38,287 nucleotides of DNA from Thermodesulfobacteriota bacterium (GTDB lineage: Bacteria > Desulfobacterota_D > UBA1144 > Nemesobacterales > JAJCZQ01): positions 1 to 38,287 of the forward strand of contig CBDBDR010000001.1 of NCBI GenBank assembly GCA_965203965.1, given 5' to 3'. A program made the translations under genes and the position numbers. The number at the start of each line of letters is the position of its first letter. The stretch's first letter is position 1. Shown here in pieces: positions 20,750-34,092 of the stretch. A model generated the notes under the pieces. It was given only the letters and a program-made list of their open reading frames with translations, made no database searches and had not been told where the DNA came from.

Positions 20750-21491
20750 TCGTCTCTACCTCAGTCTCTGTGAGAGCTAAATTATCTCTCCTTGGTTAGA
20801 TCCCAATTAACTTATTGCTCTCAAATCTGGAGACCTCACCTTATATCCTGCTAATCGAGAAAATTCAAAGGCGGGCGACCAAGTTCATTCTCAATGACTT
20901 TTCCACAGACTACAAAGCAAGACTAATCTCTTTGGGTCTACTTCCCTTGATGTTTCTCTATGAGCTTTTTGACGTTTTGTTTTTGTAAAGTCTGTGAAGT
21001 ATCCTGACCCAAGCTTTGTGGTAGACAAATATGTCTCATTTTCGTCTCTTCCTACCAGGACTGGTTCTACTGCTAAGCTAGTACACAAATACAGCTCCAC
21101 CTCCTTGTCGCGTCACTCCTATTTTTGCAGATTGGTTCGTATCTGGAACAGTCTTCCTCCGATTGACATGTCATTGTCCTTCTTAAGCAGAAAATCCCAA
21201 ATCAAGCAGTACTTCCCGTCTATTTTTCTATCAAATTTTAATCCTTCTATTCCTTGTTCCTATCATCTTATCTGTCCTTGTAATAAGTGTAGCCTTAATC
21301 CTATTAATGTAAATTTTACCTGATATTTGAATATTATTTTTTTTTCTGGGTATCTATACACTGTAGTTCTTATAGATATTCCATCAGTACAGATCTTATC
21401 AATAATTATTATCTCCTGACTCTGCTTCCTCCCCTTTTATTGATTCTGTCTGTCTGTAAAATCTAAATTGAATTGAATTGAATTGAATTGA
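20750..21491 (+). mobile_element. Decayed LINE 3' end with (AATTG)n tail
   Basis: RHSYFCRLVRIWNSLP...PCSYHLICPCNKC* C-terminus, then 3' UTR and aattgaattg tail; 5' boundary approximate. Confidence 0.75.
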
Positions 21492-21971
21492 GCGCTTGTC
21501 TAAGGCTGCTGTAGCGACAATAGTTTACGTTGCAATCGCCAAATTGTAGATTGCCCCGCCCACACTTGTTTGTACGGCGATTAAATTATTTGCCGGAAAT
21601 CGCAGAATGGTGATCCTACACGACCTTACTCACTGAACTGTTCTTCGAAGACTCCAGACTCCAATATATGCGCTCTCCATACAGTGATACTCTAGTGCTT
21701 GATCACGTGCGTTTTCGAGCGTGCGTATTGCGCAATCACAAAGCGTTGCAGCATCTACATGTATTGTTGCTATCATTGACTATGGTCCGCAACTGATGAA
21801 AAGATCGACGGTCACAGATTCAGCGGGATGGCGACTCAGTGCGTAGAGTTGCTTGGTACGGACATAGTACGGATAAATATAGAAGCGCCAAGTCTTTCCT
21901 TTTTGCAGAAAAAACGCTAAAAATTAGGGGTGGAGCCTACGAATTGCTTATAAACTATTTTATATTCGAGT

Positions 21972-22127
21972 TACAGTTGTTTGCGAAGATTTTGCATAAC
22001 GGAAGCGAAAGCGGAAGTATGACTTTGGCCAATCAAACGCACGTAAGCGTGACTAACTGAAGCTGCACACGTGACGAAAAGTGAATTTGATTGGCCAGCG
22101 TCACACTTCCGCTTTCGCTTCTGTTAC
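21972..22127. mobile_element. Truncated copy of the cagttgtttgcgaag MITE
   Basis: Matches 34093-34268 until interrupted near 22127. Confidence 0.8.
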
Positions 22128-23039
22128 ACAGCCGGCCTAGCCAAGCGCAGACATATTCGTATCGGAGCGATAACGTATCGGACCAGATATACAATCTGTA
22201 TCGTAAACGATAGGCTACAGTTATGAAACGCGCCCGATAAACAGGTTGTATCGGAGACTTTCTACAGCCAGGTATACTCTCTCAGCAGAAAAAATTGGCA
22301 GCCTGGATCGTATGCTTAGCGCAGCAATAGCCATCCACAAATGGACCATAAGTGTACGTAATTAAATGGGCGTGCCATGACGTCACGTTGATTTACACAG
22401 GAAGTTTCGGAGATTCCTAGGCCATTGTTCGCGCGATTAATTCTATGTTGCAGTAACGCAACTATGCATCATCGTATATTATCATTTTAAAGCTTTGAAC
22501 TAGATCTTTCACACGTACGTAGTGTTAGATTAGTTCTAGTGAAAATAAAATTTTCTCTGACATCGCTACTTATAGAGACTCTTGATTAATCAGTGATGCT
22601 GTTTTGAGCAATAAAATTGCTCCTGACGAAGGAGCAGTTTATTTTTATCGATGTTTCCTCGCGTACCTGAACCTGTGTGTGCATGTCCAGGTCCAACGTC
22701 ACGCACACGGGTTGATCTGCATGTAAGCCGGCATGTATTTTGTCAAACAAGTATACATTTTTTCTTTAACTAACTTGGTTCGTAGATAACGTTCGGATGG
22801 ATGGTTAGTTGAGCTACCAACACAAGCACGAGAGCCTGTGGAGGATCAGTTACAACAGGAACTGAAGCCCGATGATGCGATATGGAGTCTTAACAAACTT
22901 ACTGCAACTTTAAGACCAACATCTTTGCACACTGTAATGATCTGTACATAGCAACAACAGAGCGTTGCACAATTTTAAATAAATTATGTTGAGCAAACTT
23001 CTAACACTAATAAAAATTAATAAATAATAACTCAGTCTG

Positions 23040-23455
23040 TTTATTATTGATGGCAACTCATGTTCATTATACAACAAATTCCATTGTCCATGAGAGAGAA
23101 TGAGTAATCTAGGATAGCTCATTAATACGATAGTAAACAATTGTCCAACTGAATGAGTCACACATGATTGCTTTGATGATGAGCGCTTAATCTCAGCTTG
23201 ACCATAAAGAGGATCAACTGCAGTGAGACACAGGTTGATTGAAACATCTTTAGGTGCATCTCTGTGAATTCTGCCTGGTCGGTAGTTTATAGCTGTGATG
23301 GCATCTAGAAGACAGCAGCATTCTCAAGTTGAGCTCCACTGTACATAAGAAGGTGTAGGTCACTGTACAGTGGTACTGAGATGTGTGGTAGACAGTCAGA
23401 AGACGGTTGTCATTGTGTTCAGACCAAACTGTGTACCAGTGATGGTCACTATGTA
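23040..23455 (-). pseudogene. Deleted, degenerate copy of the 3' end of the IPT/Calx-beta gene
   Basis: Collinear with ~36035-36790 (ctagg..agctcat.aatacgatagta; gaccaaactgtgtaccagtgat) with a ~280-bp internal deletion and smaller indels. Confidence 0.85.
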
Positions 23456-24045
23456 TCTGGTAAAATAGTTAAATTGATTGAAAGAAGGAAGATGAGACAC
23501 AACAACACACCAATCATCTAGAAGGATATGTACACGCACAGTACATCAAAAGAGTGTTCTATTGTGGTAGATCATGTTACGGGGTCATGTTACTGGTCAT
23601 GTTACTGGTGATCATGATCATTTCATGTTAGTTGCGACGCTTTTCACCTTTACTGACTCCACCAACTTGATGACAGACTCCACTGACTTTACTGACATTA
23701 TGCAGACTTCACCAAGAATAAACGTGCACTATCCACTATCCTGGAACACAAGCCAGCATCTGTCTAAATCCTCAACTCTACATGCTCTAACCCTACACAC
23801 TGCAAAAATTGTTATGTGTTTTTAAAAAGTCATTTGTTGCATGGAATTTTTATATCATATTTTGAGTATATGCTAGCTCAGCTCAGTTAGTTTTGCTTCC
23901 ACATGATTGCACATAGCCATAATACGCTCATGCATCACATAAAAGCACAATAATAAATTATGCTACATGGCTGATTTATTTTACTCACTAAAAATCTCTA
24001 GTAACAAATGACCCGTTAAAGCAGTTGCTAGCTATATTTGCAGTG

Positions 24046-25064
24046 CATGCTCTAACTCTACGTGCTCTAACTCTACAAGCTCTAACTCTACATGCTCTAA
24101 CTCTACATGCTCTAACTCTATAAGCTCTAACTCTACATGCTCTAACTCCACATGCTCTAACTCTACATGCTCTAACTCTACATGCTCTAACTCTACATGC
24201 TCTAACTCTACAAGCTCTAACTCTACATGCTCTAACTCTACGTGCTCTAACTCTATACATGCTCTAACTCTATAAGCTCTAACTCTACATGCTCTAACTC
24301 TACATGCTCTAACTCTATAAGCTCTAACTCTACATGCTCTAACTCTACATGCTCTAACTCTACATGCTCTAACTCTACATGCTCTAACTCTACATGCTCT
24401 AACTCTACAAGCTCTAACTCTACATGCTCTAACTCTACATGCTCTAACTCTACATGATCTAACTCTACAAGCTCTAACTCTACAAGCTCTAACTCTACAT
24501 GCTCTAACTCTACATGCTCTAGCTCTACATGATCTAACTCTACAAGCTCTAACTCTACATGCTCTAACTCTACATGCTCTAGCTCTACATGATCTAACTC
24601 TACAAGCTCTAACTCTACATGCTCTAACTCTACATGCTCTAACTCTACATGCTCTAACTCTACGTGCTCTAACTCTATAAGCTCTAACTCTACATGCTCT
24701 AACTCTACATCATGTGCTCTAACTCTACATGCTCTAACTCTACATGCTCTAGCTCTACATGATCTAACTCTACAAGCTCTAACTCTACATGCTCTAACTC
24801 TACATGCTCTAACTCTACATGCTCTAACTCTACGTGCTCTAACTCTACAAGCTCTAACTCTACATGCTCTAACTCTACATCATGTGCTCTAACTCTACAT
24901 GCTCTAACTCTACATACTCTAACTCTACAAGCTCTAACTCTACATGCTCTAACTCTACATCATGTGCTCTAACTCTACATGCTCTAACTCTACATACTCT
25001 AACTCTACAAGCTCTAGCTCTACAAGCTCTAAATCTACAAGCTCTAAATCTACAAGCTCTAACT
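24046..25064. repeat. 15-bp satellite array 1 (CATGCTCTAACTCTA)n
   Basis: Direct tandem units with substitution and indel variants. Confidence 0.98.
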
Positions 25065-25199
25065 GAGCATATAATTTATTTTATTTTAATAATCATAACC
25101 GAGATAGATTTACATTGTCTGAATTATAAATTAATAATTATACACTGACATGATGCAAAGACTGTTTTAAACAGACTACAGCTCAATTCTTTTGCCATT

Positions 25200-27576
25200 C
25201 TAGTTCTTCATTTCAAGCTCTTTAGTTGAATAAGCCACACAATCCTTCAGTTCAAATTTTTCATAAGCAGGATTGTCATGAGTAGTCAGTCGTGGTGGTG
25301 GAAGTTGAGGAGGAACTGAGGGTTCTACGCAGTCATAGATATGGTCTTGTTCACTAACTGTCTTCTTCCAATGCTTCCAATATATCACAGCTGGCATTAC
25401 AATGAACAGTAAAATTGAGATTCCGAAGAAGATAATAATTCCAGCACTTGTTCCAGCTGTAAGTAAATCATGGTACATTCTCAACTGCATCAGATTATTA
25501 TTATTAATATTAGTGTATGAAAGGGACTGGCAACTTTTTTACACCTCCAATAGTTTTGTATTACACTAGTTGTACTATTTTACACCCTACACCAGCAGAG
25601 AGGGACCAAAATAACCTTATAATAAGTTGATGTTGTAAAAAGTGCATCATTTGCTTTTGTGAATACAGAGAGGATCAAAATACTGCTGTGGAACATGGTT
25701 AAAAGAATGCAGTCTAACAAGGATGTCACATGCAGATGTGCTAAAATTCAGCACCATAGTTACCCTTTTCTACACTATAGAACTATTATGTCATTGGTAC
25801 ATAGAGTCAAATTGCATTTTTGTAATGTTTATTGTGCATGTGGACAGTAAACATAAATCAATTATGCATTTCATGTCATACAAATCAACCAATGATTTTG
25901 AACATGCATTTAGCTCTTTCTAGAGCTGTGTTATTTCTCTATAGCTCATTGTTACAATTATTACCTGCAATGTCTGTAACTGTATGGTCAGGAAAAGATG
26001 AAAATACTATTGGTTGTGCCGTACTTGAATTCACCATTGTTGTTAGATATGACTGCTATAGAATGTATTGTTGTGCACAGCAGAAAACAATTGTGTGTAA
26101 GCATCACTCATGCCGGTATGCCCAAAAAAACTATTAGCAGTAACCACACACCAGTGAAGCCCTGAGTGCACTATGATTAATGCATGCCATTAACTTTCAA
26201 ATGCAAAATGATTCATGCACGTTTTTACCAGTGTGACGGAGAAACTGGGTGCCGTACTTGAATTCACCATTGTTATTAGAGATGACTGCGGTAGAATGAT
26301 AATAATTTGTATTGTTGTGCACATTAAAAAACAATTGTGTGTCGTTATAACACAAAATGAGCTGATCACTCATGCATATAGCATCTGTTGTGAACGGCAT
26401 CATAATACATAATCTGCTGCAAATTATTTGCCGGTATGCCCAAAACAACTATTAGCAGTTTCCACACGCCAGTGAAGTCCTGAGTCTACTTTGCCCCATG
26501 CATGCCATTAAGCCATTCAAATGTTATTACTGCAAAATGATCATCATACATGTTTTTACCACAACTGAAGCAAATGCAATTGTGTGTAATAAATAGAGTG
26601 TTTTAATCCAAGGAAGTCAAGTCAACCATGTTAAGGTATGTAGTATAGCTCTCCATCTCCCACTGCACATTATCTATTACATCACATACCTGCGTAGCAC
26701 AAGTTGGTAGCATAGGTAGCAATTGCTGGGAGTATATTATTGGGACAGCTGGCTCTAATTCTGTGGTACCACAAAAAAACCATGTGCTACATGCCTGACT
26801 GAGTTAAGTTGGTACTAGTTTGATAGAATCTATAGTTATTTACCATGCACTTTGCTTACCAACTAGTAATTCAGTAATTTTACCCCTCACATAATGATTG
26901 GGACTATTGAATCCTAGGTTGGAATTTCCCTTTGCATGTGCTGAGCAGTAGTATTCTCCATTGTCTGATTGGTCTACGTCAATCAATTGTAGTTCATAAG
27001 CAGTTTCATTATCAAGTGTTCCATTGTCCATAATATATTGCCACTCGATTTCAAAGTTTGAAAAAGCTGATGGTATTACGTCACAATGAATGGTTACGTT
27101 ACTCCCTGTGATTGCACGAACTGTTGAATGATGGAATTTAAATAATTCTGGAAAAGCTGCATGTGGATAGAATATAGTAAGTTCAGTATGCAAGAAACTA
27201 CATGCATATCTTGCTAATTATTTTATTTACCATACACAGGCATTTTATCAGATGATACAAATTCGGCCCTATCTTGGCCGCCGCACTGGATATTGCCTTC
27301 ACAGGCTGGAGACACTTTCATCTGAAGATTAGCTTGACTCTTTTCAGCATTCTCGAGGCAGCAATGACTGGTAGATCCGTTAAAATACCATTGGACCTCG
27401 ATCAGCGGTGTGCCGTAGATGCTTTCGCAAAGGTAAGTAACGCTATTTCCTTCCCGTTCCACTAATGATACCGTGGCTGTTTGCGCAGTACTATAGTTCA
27501 TCAAAATAGCCAAGACGAATAGCAGCGACACAAAAAACTGAGAAATACGGCATGACCTGTTATCGAAGTATATCAT
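25200..27576 (-). CDS. IgSF single-pass receptor gene B (signal peptide, 2 Ig, S/T stalk, TM, Tyr/Pro-motif tail), 371 aa
   Basis: Six GT-AG exons 27576-27231, 27156-26860, 26760-26690, 26285-26229, 26052-25965, 25456-25200 sum to 1116 nt with no internal stop; Ig motifs VTIHC...IEW...DNGEYYC. Confidence 0.9.
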
Positions 27577-27722
27577 GATGCCTCTGCAACAGTAACTGTT
27601 ACCCTTGTTTGTTGAAAAGAATCCTTAACAACGCGGGCATGTGCCCATCTGTTGTAGCCCACATTTATGCTGATTCTAGGAACTGCAAACACCGTACTGC
27701 ACTGACCGCATTACATCAGTGA

Positions 27723-28127
27723 GGGCAAGTGGAAAAACCGGATACAACAGGAAACGAACGCGGACACGAACGCGAACTCGGAAACGAACTCAAATGTGAT
27801 CACGTGCTCAATGTAACAGGAAACCGCGCCCATAATTACTATACTACTAAACCAAACCCAAGACCCTAAAACCTTCGCCTAACGGCGCCCAGTATGGGGA
27901 TCAACCTAAATATTCGCCACCTCACGATCCTTAGTGTTAGTGTTAGAACGCCAGGAACGACTATCCTTAGTGTTAAAACGCCGGGAACGACGATCCTATA
28001 GTAATTATGGGCGCGGTTTCCTGGATTTGCCAGTTACGTTGAGCACGTGATCACATTTGAGTTCGTTTCCGAGTTCGCGTTCGTGTCCGCGTTCGTTTCC
28101 TGTAGTATCCGGTTTTTCCACTTACCC
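27723..28127. mobile_element. MULE-like MITE, ~120-bp TIRs, 9-bp TSD
   Basis: TSD catcagtga at 27714-27722 and 28128-28136; internal aaacccaagaccctaaaaccttcgcc core. Confidence 0.85.
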
Positions 28128-28509
28128 CATCAGTGATGTTATTAGGGAGGAACGGAAAAACAAGATGGCGGCTACATACAACGTATTAGCGTTCAAACGC
28201 TGATATTTCGCCTGTTGATGAATTTATACGTCCAAAGACACTTAAATCTGCTATCTAGCGTTGCCCCATCTTACAGTAGCAAGAAGATTGCTTGAAATTG
28301 TTGCTAAAGTCGGCGAAAATCGAGTTCAAGTTCGCCATCTTCGTTTTCTTCTTTCTTCCACTCGCCTAGCATATTTACGTGAACAGTGCCGAGACCAAAA
28401 CACCCACGAAAAGTCATGAAATTCTCCTGGCATGTGCCTTTTGAACTTAGTTTTTAGCGAAACGGCGATATAAATTCCGCGATTTCTCGATCGTGATCCG
28501 GCCATTGTC

Positions 28510-29335
28510 AGCTAAGTGTTCCTCTGTAATCCTGGAGAAGGCCTCTGCAATCCTTTTTGCAGATGACATGGCTCTATATAGGCCAATTCATACTCCTTTA
28601 GACTATGAGTTACTCCAGAAAGATATTGATGCAATCTCCCGCTGGATATCTGCTATTCATATGCAATTCAATGCTCAAAAGTGCAAATTTATGTTGTTGT
28701 TTTTTTCAAGAAAACGTAGCAATGATGCTTTTCCAAATACTTTGTCTATTGATGGAGTTCCCTTACAAAAAGCTGATGCCTATAAATACTTAGGGGTTTT
28801 TCTCACCTCAGATCTGAATTGGTCTTTCCACATTAATACAATTTGTTCCAAAACTAAAAAGCTTGTTGGTTTGTTTCATCATAAGTTCTTTTCAGCAATG
28901 GATGTCAACAGTTGTACACTCTTATACAAAGCTTTTATAAGTCCCAATCTTGAGTATGCCTGCCAGGTATGGGACCCGCACCTCAAGAAAGACATTGCTG
29001 CCTTAGAGTCTGTCCAAAAATTTGCTCCCATAGCCTGTACTAAAAGGTGGGATGCATCTTACGACCTACTTCTCTCTCAAAAAAGTACCATCTCTTCAGG
29101 ATAGAAGGTCCCACTTAAAAATTTGTACTTTTTACAAAATTGTTCATTCCCTTGTGGACTTCCCTGATGCTCCCATACATTTCGATTCTAGTCCATATTC
29201 AACTAGATCACCCCATTTCCTAAGTATCGCCAGTTATCTAATCAATTCTCCGCTTCTTTCTTTCCCTCAGATCTTCAACTAAACTTTGGAACAGTTTAAG
29301 TTATGATGTTGTTTCTTTATCTAACTTTTCGTCTT
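28510..29335 (+). mobile_element. Diverged 3' fragment of a LINE related to 12717-15792
   Basis: ASAILFADDM...YKYLGV...LEYACQVWDPH aligns with the longer copy; frameshifts; cut by a TIR element. Confidence 0.9.
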
Positions 29336-29339
29336 TTAA

Positions 29340-30614
29340 GCCAGGAATACCCGAACTATTCTTTCTTGCTGCCCTTTGCACAATATAATCTACAGTGTCC
29401 TGGCTAATACTTGCCCGTTTTACATGGAAAATGGGTGTATACCCACACTCAAATAGCACTTGCCGTATTTGAAACAAAATTATTTCGTACTCAGTAATCA
29501 CGAGAGACCCACATAGGGGTGGGTGGGTGGGTCATGGGGAGGGTGGGAGGGCGAGAGGTGGCATTTTTTGGCGCTCTGGCAAAAGTAGATGTATCTTCTT
29601 CCATCGCTCTTGCTGGTAGGGAATTTTTGCCGAAATCGTGTCTTCTCATTAAATATTCGCCCCTCTGTAACTTACAGACAGAGACCTTTTTGCAAAATCC
29701 CATACATACGTTTCTTCCTTGTTTACCAAAGTTTATGTCTGACATTAATTTGTGTGGGTGTTGCATGCTCAGGAAAGAAACGCAACTTTTCGTCATTGGG
29801 TGGGGCTTGCTACGCCCACAAGACGAATGACGACTTTCTTGGGTGATCAGTGAGACTGAGCAAGCCTTCAGCTAACAGTAGAAACCAAAATATTCGTAAT
29901 CCTGATGTTTGGGAATTCCACCCTTAAAAAATGTGCGAAACCTGTGCGAAACCTTAATTTTTGTGCTGTGTGTTACTGTATACTTATAATTTTAGTGTAT
30001 TTTTTTGTTATTTGCCAAGCACTAGCTTGAGTACCTCCGCGCCGTATGGACCACGGAGAACACATATCTGTCTGGAGTCTTCGAGGAGCGGCAAGCTATA
30101 GGATCATCATTCTGCGCTTGCCAGATTATAACCGCCGTACAGGTCGACAAACTAGTGTGGGCGTGGCTCGTGTGCAATTCCTGCATGCATGTATGCGTAG
30201 GCGAGCTGATAATATCATAACGATTATTTTTTGCTACAAGTTTACAATTGTTAATAATAAAGAAAAGCCATCAACAACAGGAAAACTAAACCAATGGTGG
30301 AAACAAAGACGGCTCAGCATGTGCGATGAACTGCACTGCACTAAAAAGGGACACAAACAAGAAATTAAAAAGATTTTCTATCGAAATCAAAAGAATGTAG
30401 GGTTGTGAAATCTACCACTGGTTCACAATGCATAGTAAACTAACAAGGAACAAGCATGGAATGGTAGCATGATCGACTTGCTAACAGACCATAGATCCCT
30501 ATATCAGTGGCTGTACACAAGCTGAATTCACGTCAGGACACTGTAGATAGCCAGGACACTGTAGATTATATTGTGCAAAGGGCAGCAAGAAAGAATAGTT
30601 CGGGTAATCCTGGC
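29340..30614. mobile_element. TTAA-flanked TIR element (PIF/Harbinger- or Kolobok-like)
   Basis: ~67-bp TIRs gccaggaatacccgaactattc... / ...gaatagttcgggtaatcctggc with ttaa on both sides. Confidence 0.8.
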
Positions 30615-30954
30615 TTAAATGTGCATTAAGCTATTTAATGCACACTATTTGAGCAATCTGATTGGTCGAAAGTCACGTGGTATGGTCTAACTACTTTTGA
30701 AACTATGTATAAGAAAATTAAAAAAGATATCTAACGAAATGAAAAGGATGTAGGGGTGAAGAAATCTGCCAATGTAAACCAACAAGGAATGAAAGCACCA
30801 AAGTGCTGATGCCTCGGTGTAGCCAGTCATGAAACTAAAAGTTATAAAAACATACACAAATTAATATTCACAAACAGAACTACCAGTATAGACCATTTTA
30901 GTGCTAATCACTTTCCATAACTTTAAGCAGCAAATTTGTGTAAAAACACCCATT

Positions 30955-31556
30955 TTGTTTGGCATTTCTTTTTATTCATACATGTTAATTAAGTTCGCAA
31001 ACATGCATGCATTTTCATTTCTCAAACAGCCAGCATGCTGCAAAGCAGGAAAGGTAGACAAGAAGGTGCAGAGTTTTCGAAACTTGTGTGTTTGATTAGT
31101 GCACAAAAATTAGTGATCACAACATTGATGTATGACTACAACAACAGTACTGTTGCAGCTTCCAGCGACTGCCAAAATCATTCCTATGTTGTTCTCATTC
31201 TCTAACCATGATAATTTTGAACACTAAATTTTAGTGAGTTAGTCACTATTACTATTATTAGCAGGTACTAATTTTATCAATGATATAATGAATAAAATGT
31301 TTCGTACTTCACTGCTATGGTACAGTTTCAGGTTATTGATTTCAGTGTGATTAATGATGGGTCTAGCAAAATCCAGTGTCACAAGATTCTTTGGTTTAAT
31401 GCTATGACTTGTCTATCTGTCTCTCCTCAGCTTTTCAAGAACATGGCTTTAGTGATGGCTGGTTGTTGGACTCATGATGCTGCTGCTCGCCCATCAGCTG
31501 TCTTAGTGAAGAAGAGGCTGTTAAGAGTTGCTGTCAACTCTGGAGTCAAAATTGGT
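30955..31556. repeat. Segmental duplicate of ~3220-3880
   Basis: Shared ttaagttcgcaaacatgcat...cagccagcatgctgcaaagcagga...gtcaaaattgg. Confidence 0.9.
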
Positions 31557-31559
31557 TGA
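31431..31559 (+). pseudogene. Second orphan TGF-beta-receptor-like kinase terminal exon
   Basis: LFKNMALVMAGCWTHDAAARPSAVLVKKRLLRVAVNSGVKIG*; Trp intact, last codons lost. Confidence 0.7.
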
Positions 31560-31611
31560 TGATAAAAACAATAACAATAATAATATAGAACAAAGATTTA
31601 TCATGACTAAA

Positions 31612-31739
31612 TGGCGAGGAGGAAAAATGTAGAGATATTGTTATGTTATTCCTTGTCTCTTGTAAAAATATACAATAATTCGTAATAATTAAAACTGGAA
31701 TTACAATGAAGAGGAGAATTCCAATGATTGTCCCAGCAC
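31612..31739 (-). pseudogene. Relic TM/tail exon of a third IgSF receptor paralog
   Basis: Acceptor taatag, phase-1 GAGTIIGILLFIVIPVLII; downstream gacaaggaataac...aatatct...ttcctcctc matches gene A tail with frameshifts. Confidence 0.65.
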
Positions 31740-31867
31740 CTATTAGGGACACATAGTGTTCTGATTGAAGGGGTAATCCATATTGATTAGAGACCACATG
31801 GAGTGTCTACAGTGAGGGTGTCCATGGTGAGGGGTTCCACTGTAATATACCATCCTGGATCCCTGTA

Positions 31868-33862
31868 CATGCTCTAACTCCACATGCTATGACTCTACAT
31901 GCTCTAACTCTACATAGAAACCCTCGAGTTGCCATAGAACCCTCGCGCTACTCGCTCGGGTTCTATATGGCTTCCTCTCGGGTTTCTATACCGCATAGAT
32001 CCCATGGCCTCGGCGTCTAACTTATATATGCTCTAACTCTACATGCTCTAAATCTACATGCTCTAACTCTACATGCTCTAACTCTACATGCTCTAACTCT
32101 ACATACTCTAACTCTATACATGCTCTAACTCTAGAAGCTCTAACTCTACATTCTCTAACTCTACATGCTCTAACTCTACATGCTCTAACTCTACATGCTC
32201 TAACTCTACATGCTCTAACTCTACATGCTCTAACTCTACATGCTCTAACTCTACATGCTCTAACTCTATACATGCTCTAACTCTACATGCTCTAACTCCA
32301 CATGCTCTAACTCTACATGCTCTAACTCCACATGCTCTAACTCTACATGCTCTAACTCTACATGCTCTAACTCCACATGCTCTAACTCTACATGCTCTAA
32401 CTCCACATGCTCTAACTCTACATGCTCTAACTCTACATGCTCTAACTCTACATGCTCTAACTCTATACATGCTCTAACTCTACATGCTCTAACTCTACAT
32501 GCTCTAACTCTACATGCTCTAACTCCACATGCTCTAACTCTACATGCTCTAACTCCACATGCTCTAACTCTATACATGCTCTAACTCTACATGCTCTAAC
32601 TCTACATGCTCTAACTCTACATGCTCTAACTCTACATGCTCTAACTCTACATGCTCTAACTCTACATGCTCTAACTCTGTCATGCTCTAACTCTACATGC
32701 TCTAACTCTGTCATGCTCTAACTCTACATGCTCTAACTCTACATGCTCTAACTCTACATGCTCTAACTCTACATGCTCTAACTCTACATGCTCTAACTCT
32801 ACATGCTCTAACTCTGTCATGCTCTAACTCTACATGCTCTAACTCTATAAGCTCTAACTCTACATGCTCTAACTCTACATGCTCTAACTCTACATGCTCT
32901 AACTCTACATGCTCTAACTCTACAAGCTCTAACTCTACATGCTCTAACTCTACATGCTCTAACTCTACATGCTCTAACTCTACATGCTCTAACTCTACAT
33001 GCTCTAACTCTGTCATGCTCTAACTCTACATGCTCTAACTCTACATGCTCTAACTCTACATGCTCTAACTCTACATGCTCTAACTCTACATGCTCTAACT
33101 CTACATGCTCTAACTCTGTCATGCTCTAACTCTACATGCTCTAACTCTACATTCTCTAACTCTACATGCTCTAACTCTACATGCTCTAACTCTACATGCT
33201 CTAACTCTACATGCTATAACTCTACATGCTCTAACTCTGTCATGCTCTAACTCTATAAGCTCTAACTCCACATGCTCTAACTCTACATGCTCTAACTCTA
33301 TAAGCTCTAACTCCACATGCTCTAACTCTACATGCTCTAACTCTACATGCTCTAACTCTACATGCTCTAACTCTACATGCTCTAACTCTACATGCTCTAA
33401 CTCTACATGCTCTAACTCTATAAGCTCTAACTCTGTCATGCTCTAACTCTATAAGCTCTAACTCCACATGCTCTAACTCTACATGCTCTAACTCTATAAG
33501 CTCTAACTCCACATGCTCTAACTCTACATGCTCTAACTCTACATGCTCTAACTCTACATGCTCTAACTCTGTCATGCTCTAGCTCTGTCATGCTCTAACT
33601 CTGTCATGCTCTTACTCTACATGCTCTTACTCTACATGCTCTAACTCTACATGCTCTAACTCTACATGCTCTAACTCTACATGCTCTAACTCTACATGCT
33701 CTAACTCTACATGCTCTAACTCTACATGCTCTAACTCTACATGCTCTAACTCTACATGCTCTAACTCTACATGCTCTTACTCTACATGCTCTAACTCTAC
33801 ATGCTCTAACTCTGTCATGCTCTAACTCTACATGCTCTAACTCTATAAGCTCTAACTCTATA
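31868..33862. repeat. 15-bp satellite array 2, interrupted at 31916-32022
   Basis: Same unit and orientation as array 1. Confidence 0.98.
31916..32022 (-). mobile_element. Fragment of a Crypton-like 5' hairpin
   Basis: Reverse complement taagttagacgccgagg...ggatctatgcggtatagaaacccgagag resembles the 2015/2386 unit starts. Confidence 0.55.
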
Positions 33863-34092
33863 ATGACTCGGTGAATGTTTTAGGTCCATAATATCTGTTT
33901 ACGGCAATTATATTGTTTCAGACCTGTGCATAACAAAAACATAGTGCGTTGTAGTGGGTGTATGGAAAAGAAGGAAACGGAAAACTGAAACGGACGGCGG
34001 AAACGGACGACGGGAAATGGGCGTGGTCTCGCACTCAAGACGTAGACTGACCCTTCGCCTAACAGCGCCTATTCGCCTAACGGCGCCAGGTA

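Noticed and set aside
32022..33575. ORFs of VELEH / RVRAC (and CSNST, HALTL) repeats
   Set aside because: By-products of the 15-bp satellite; frequent +1/+2 indels switch frames, so no frame is conserved
24046..33862. CRISPR array or telomere interpretation of the satellite
   Set aside because: No unique spacers or cas genes; TTAGAG only loosely resembles TTAGGG and the unit is 15 bp
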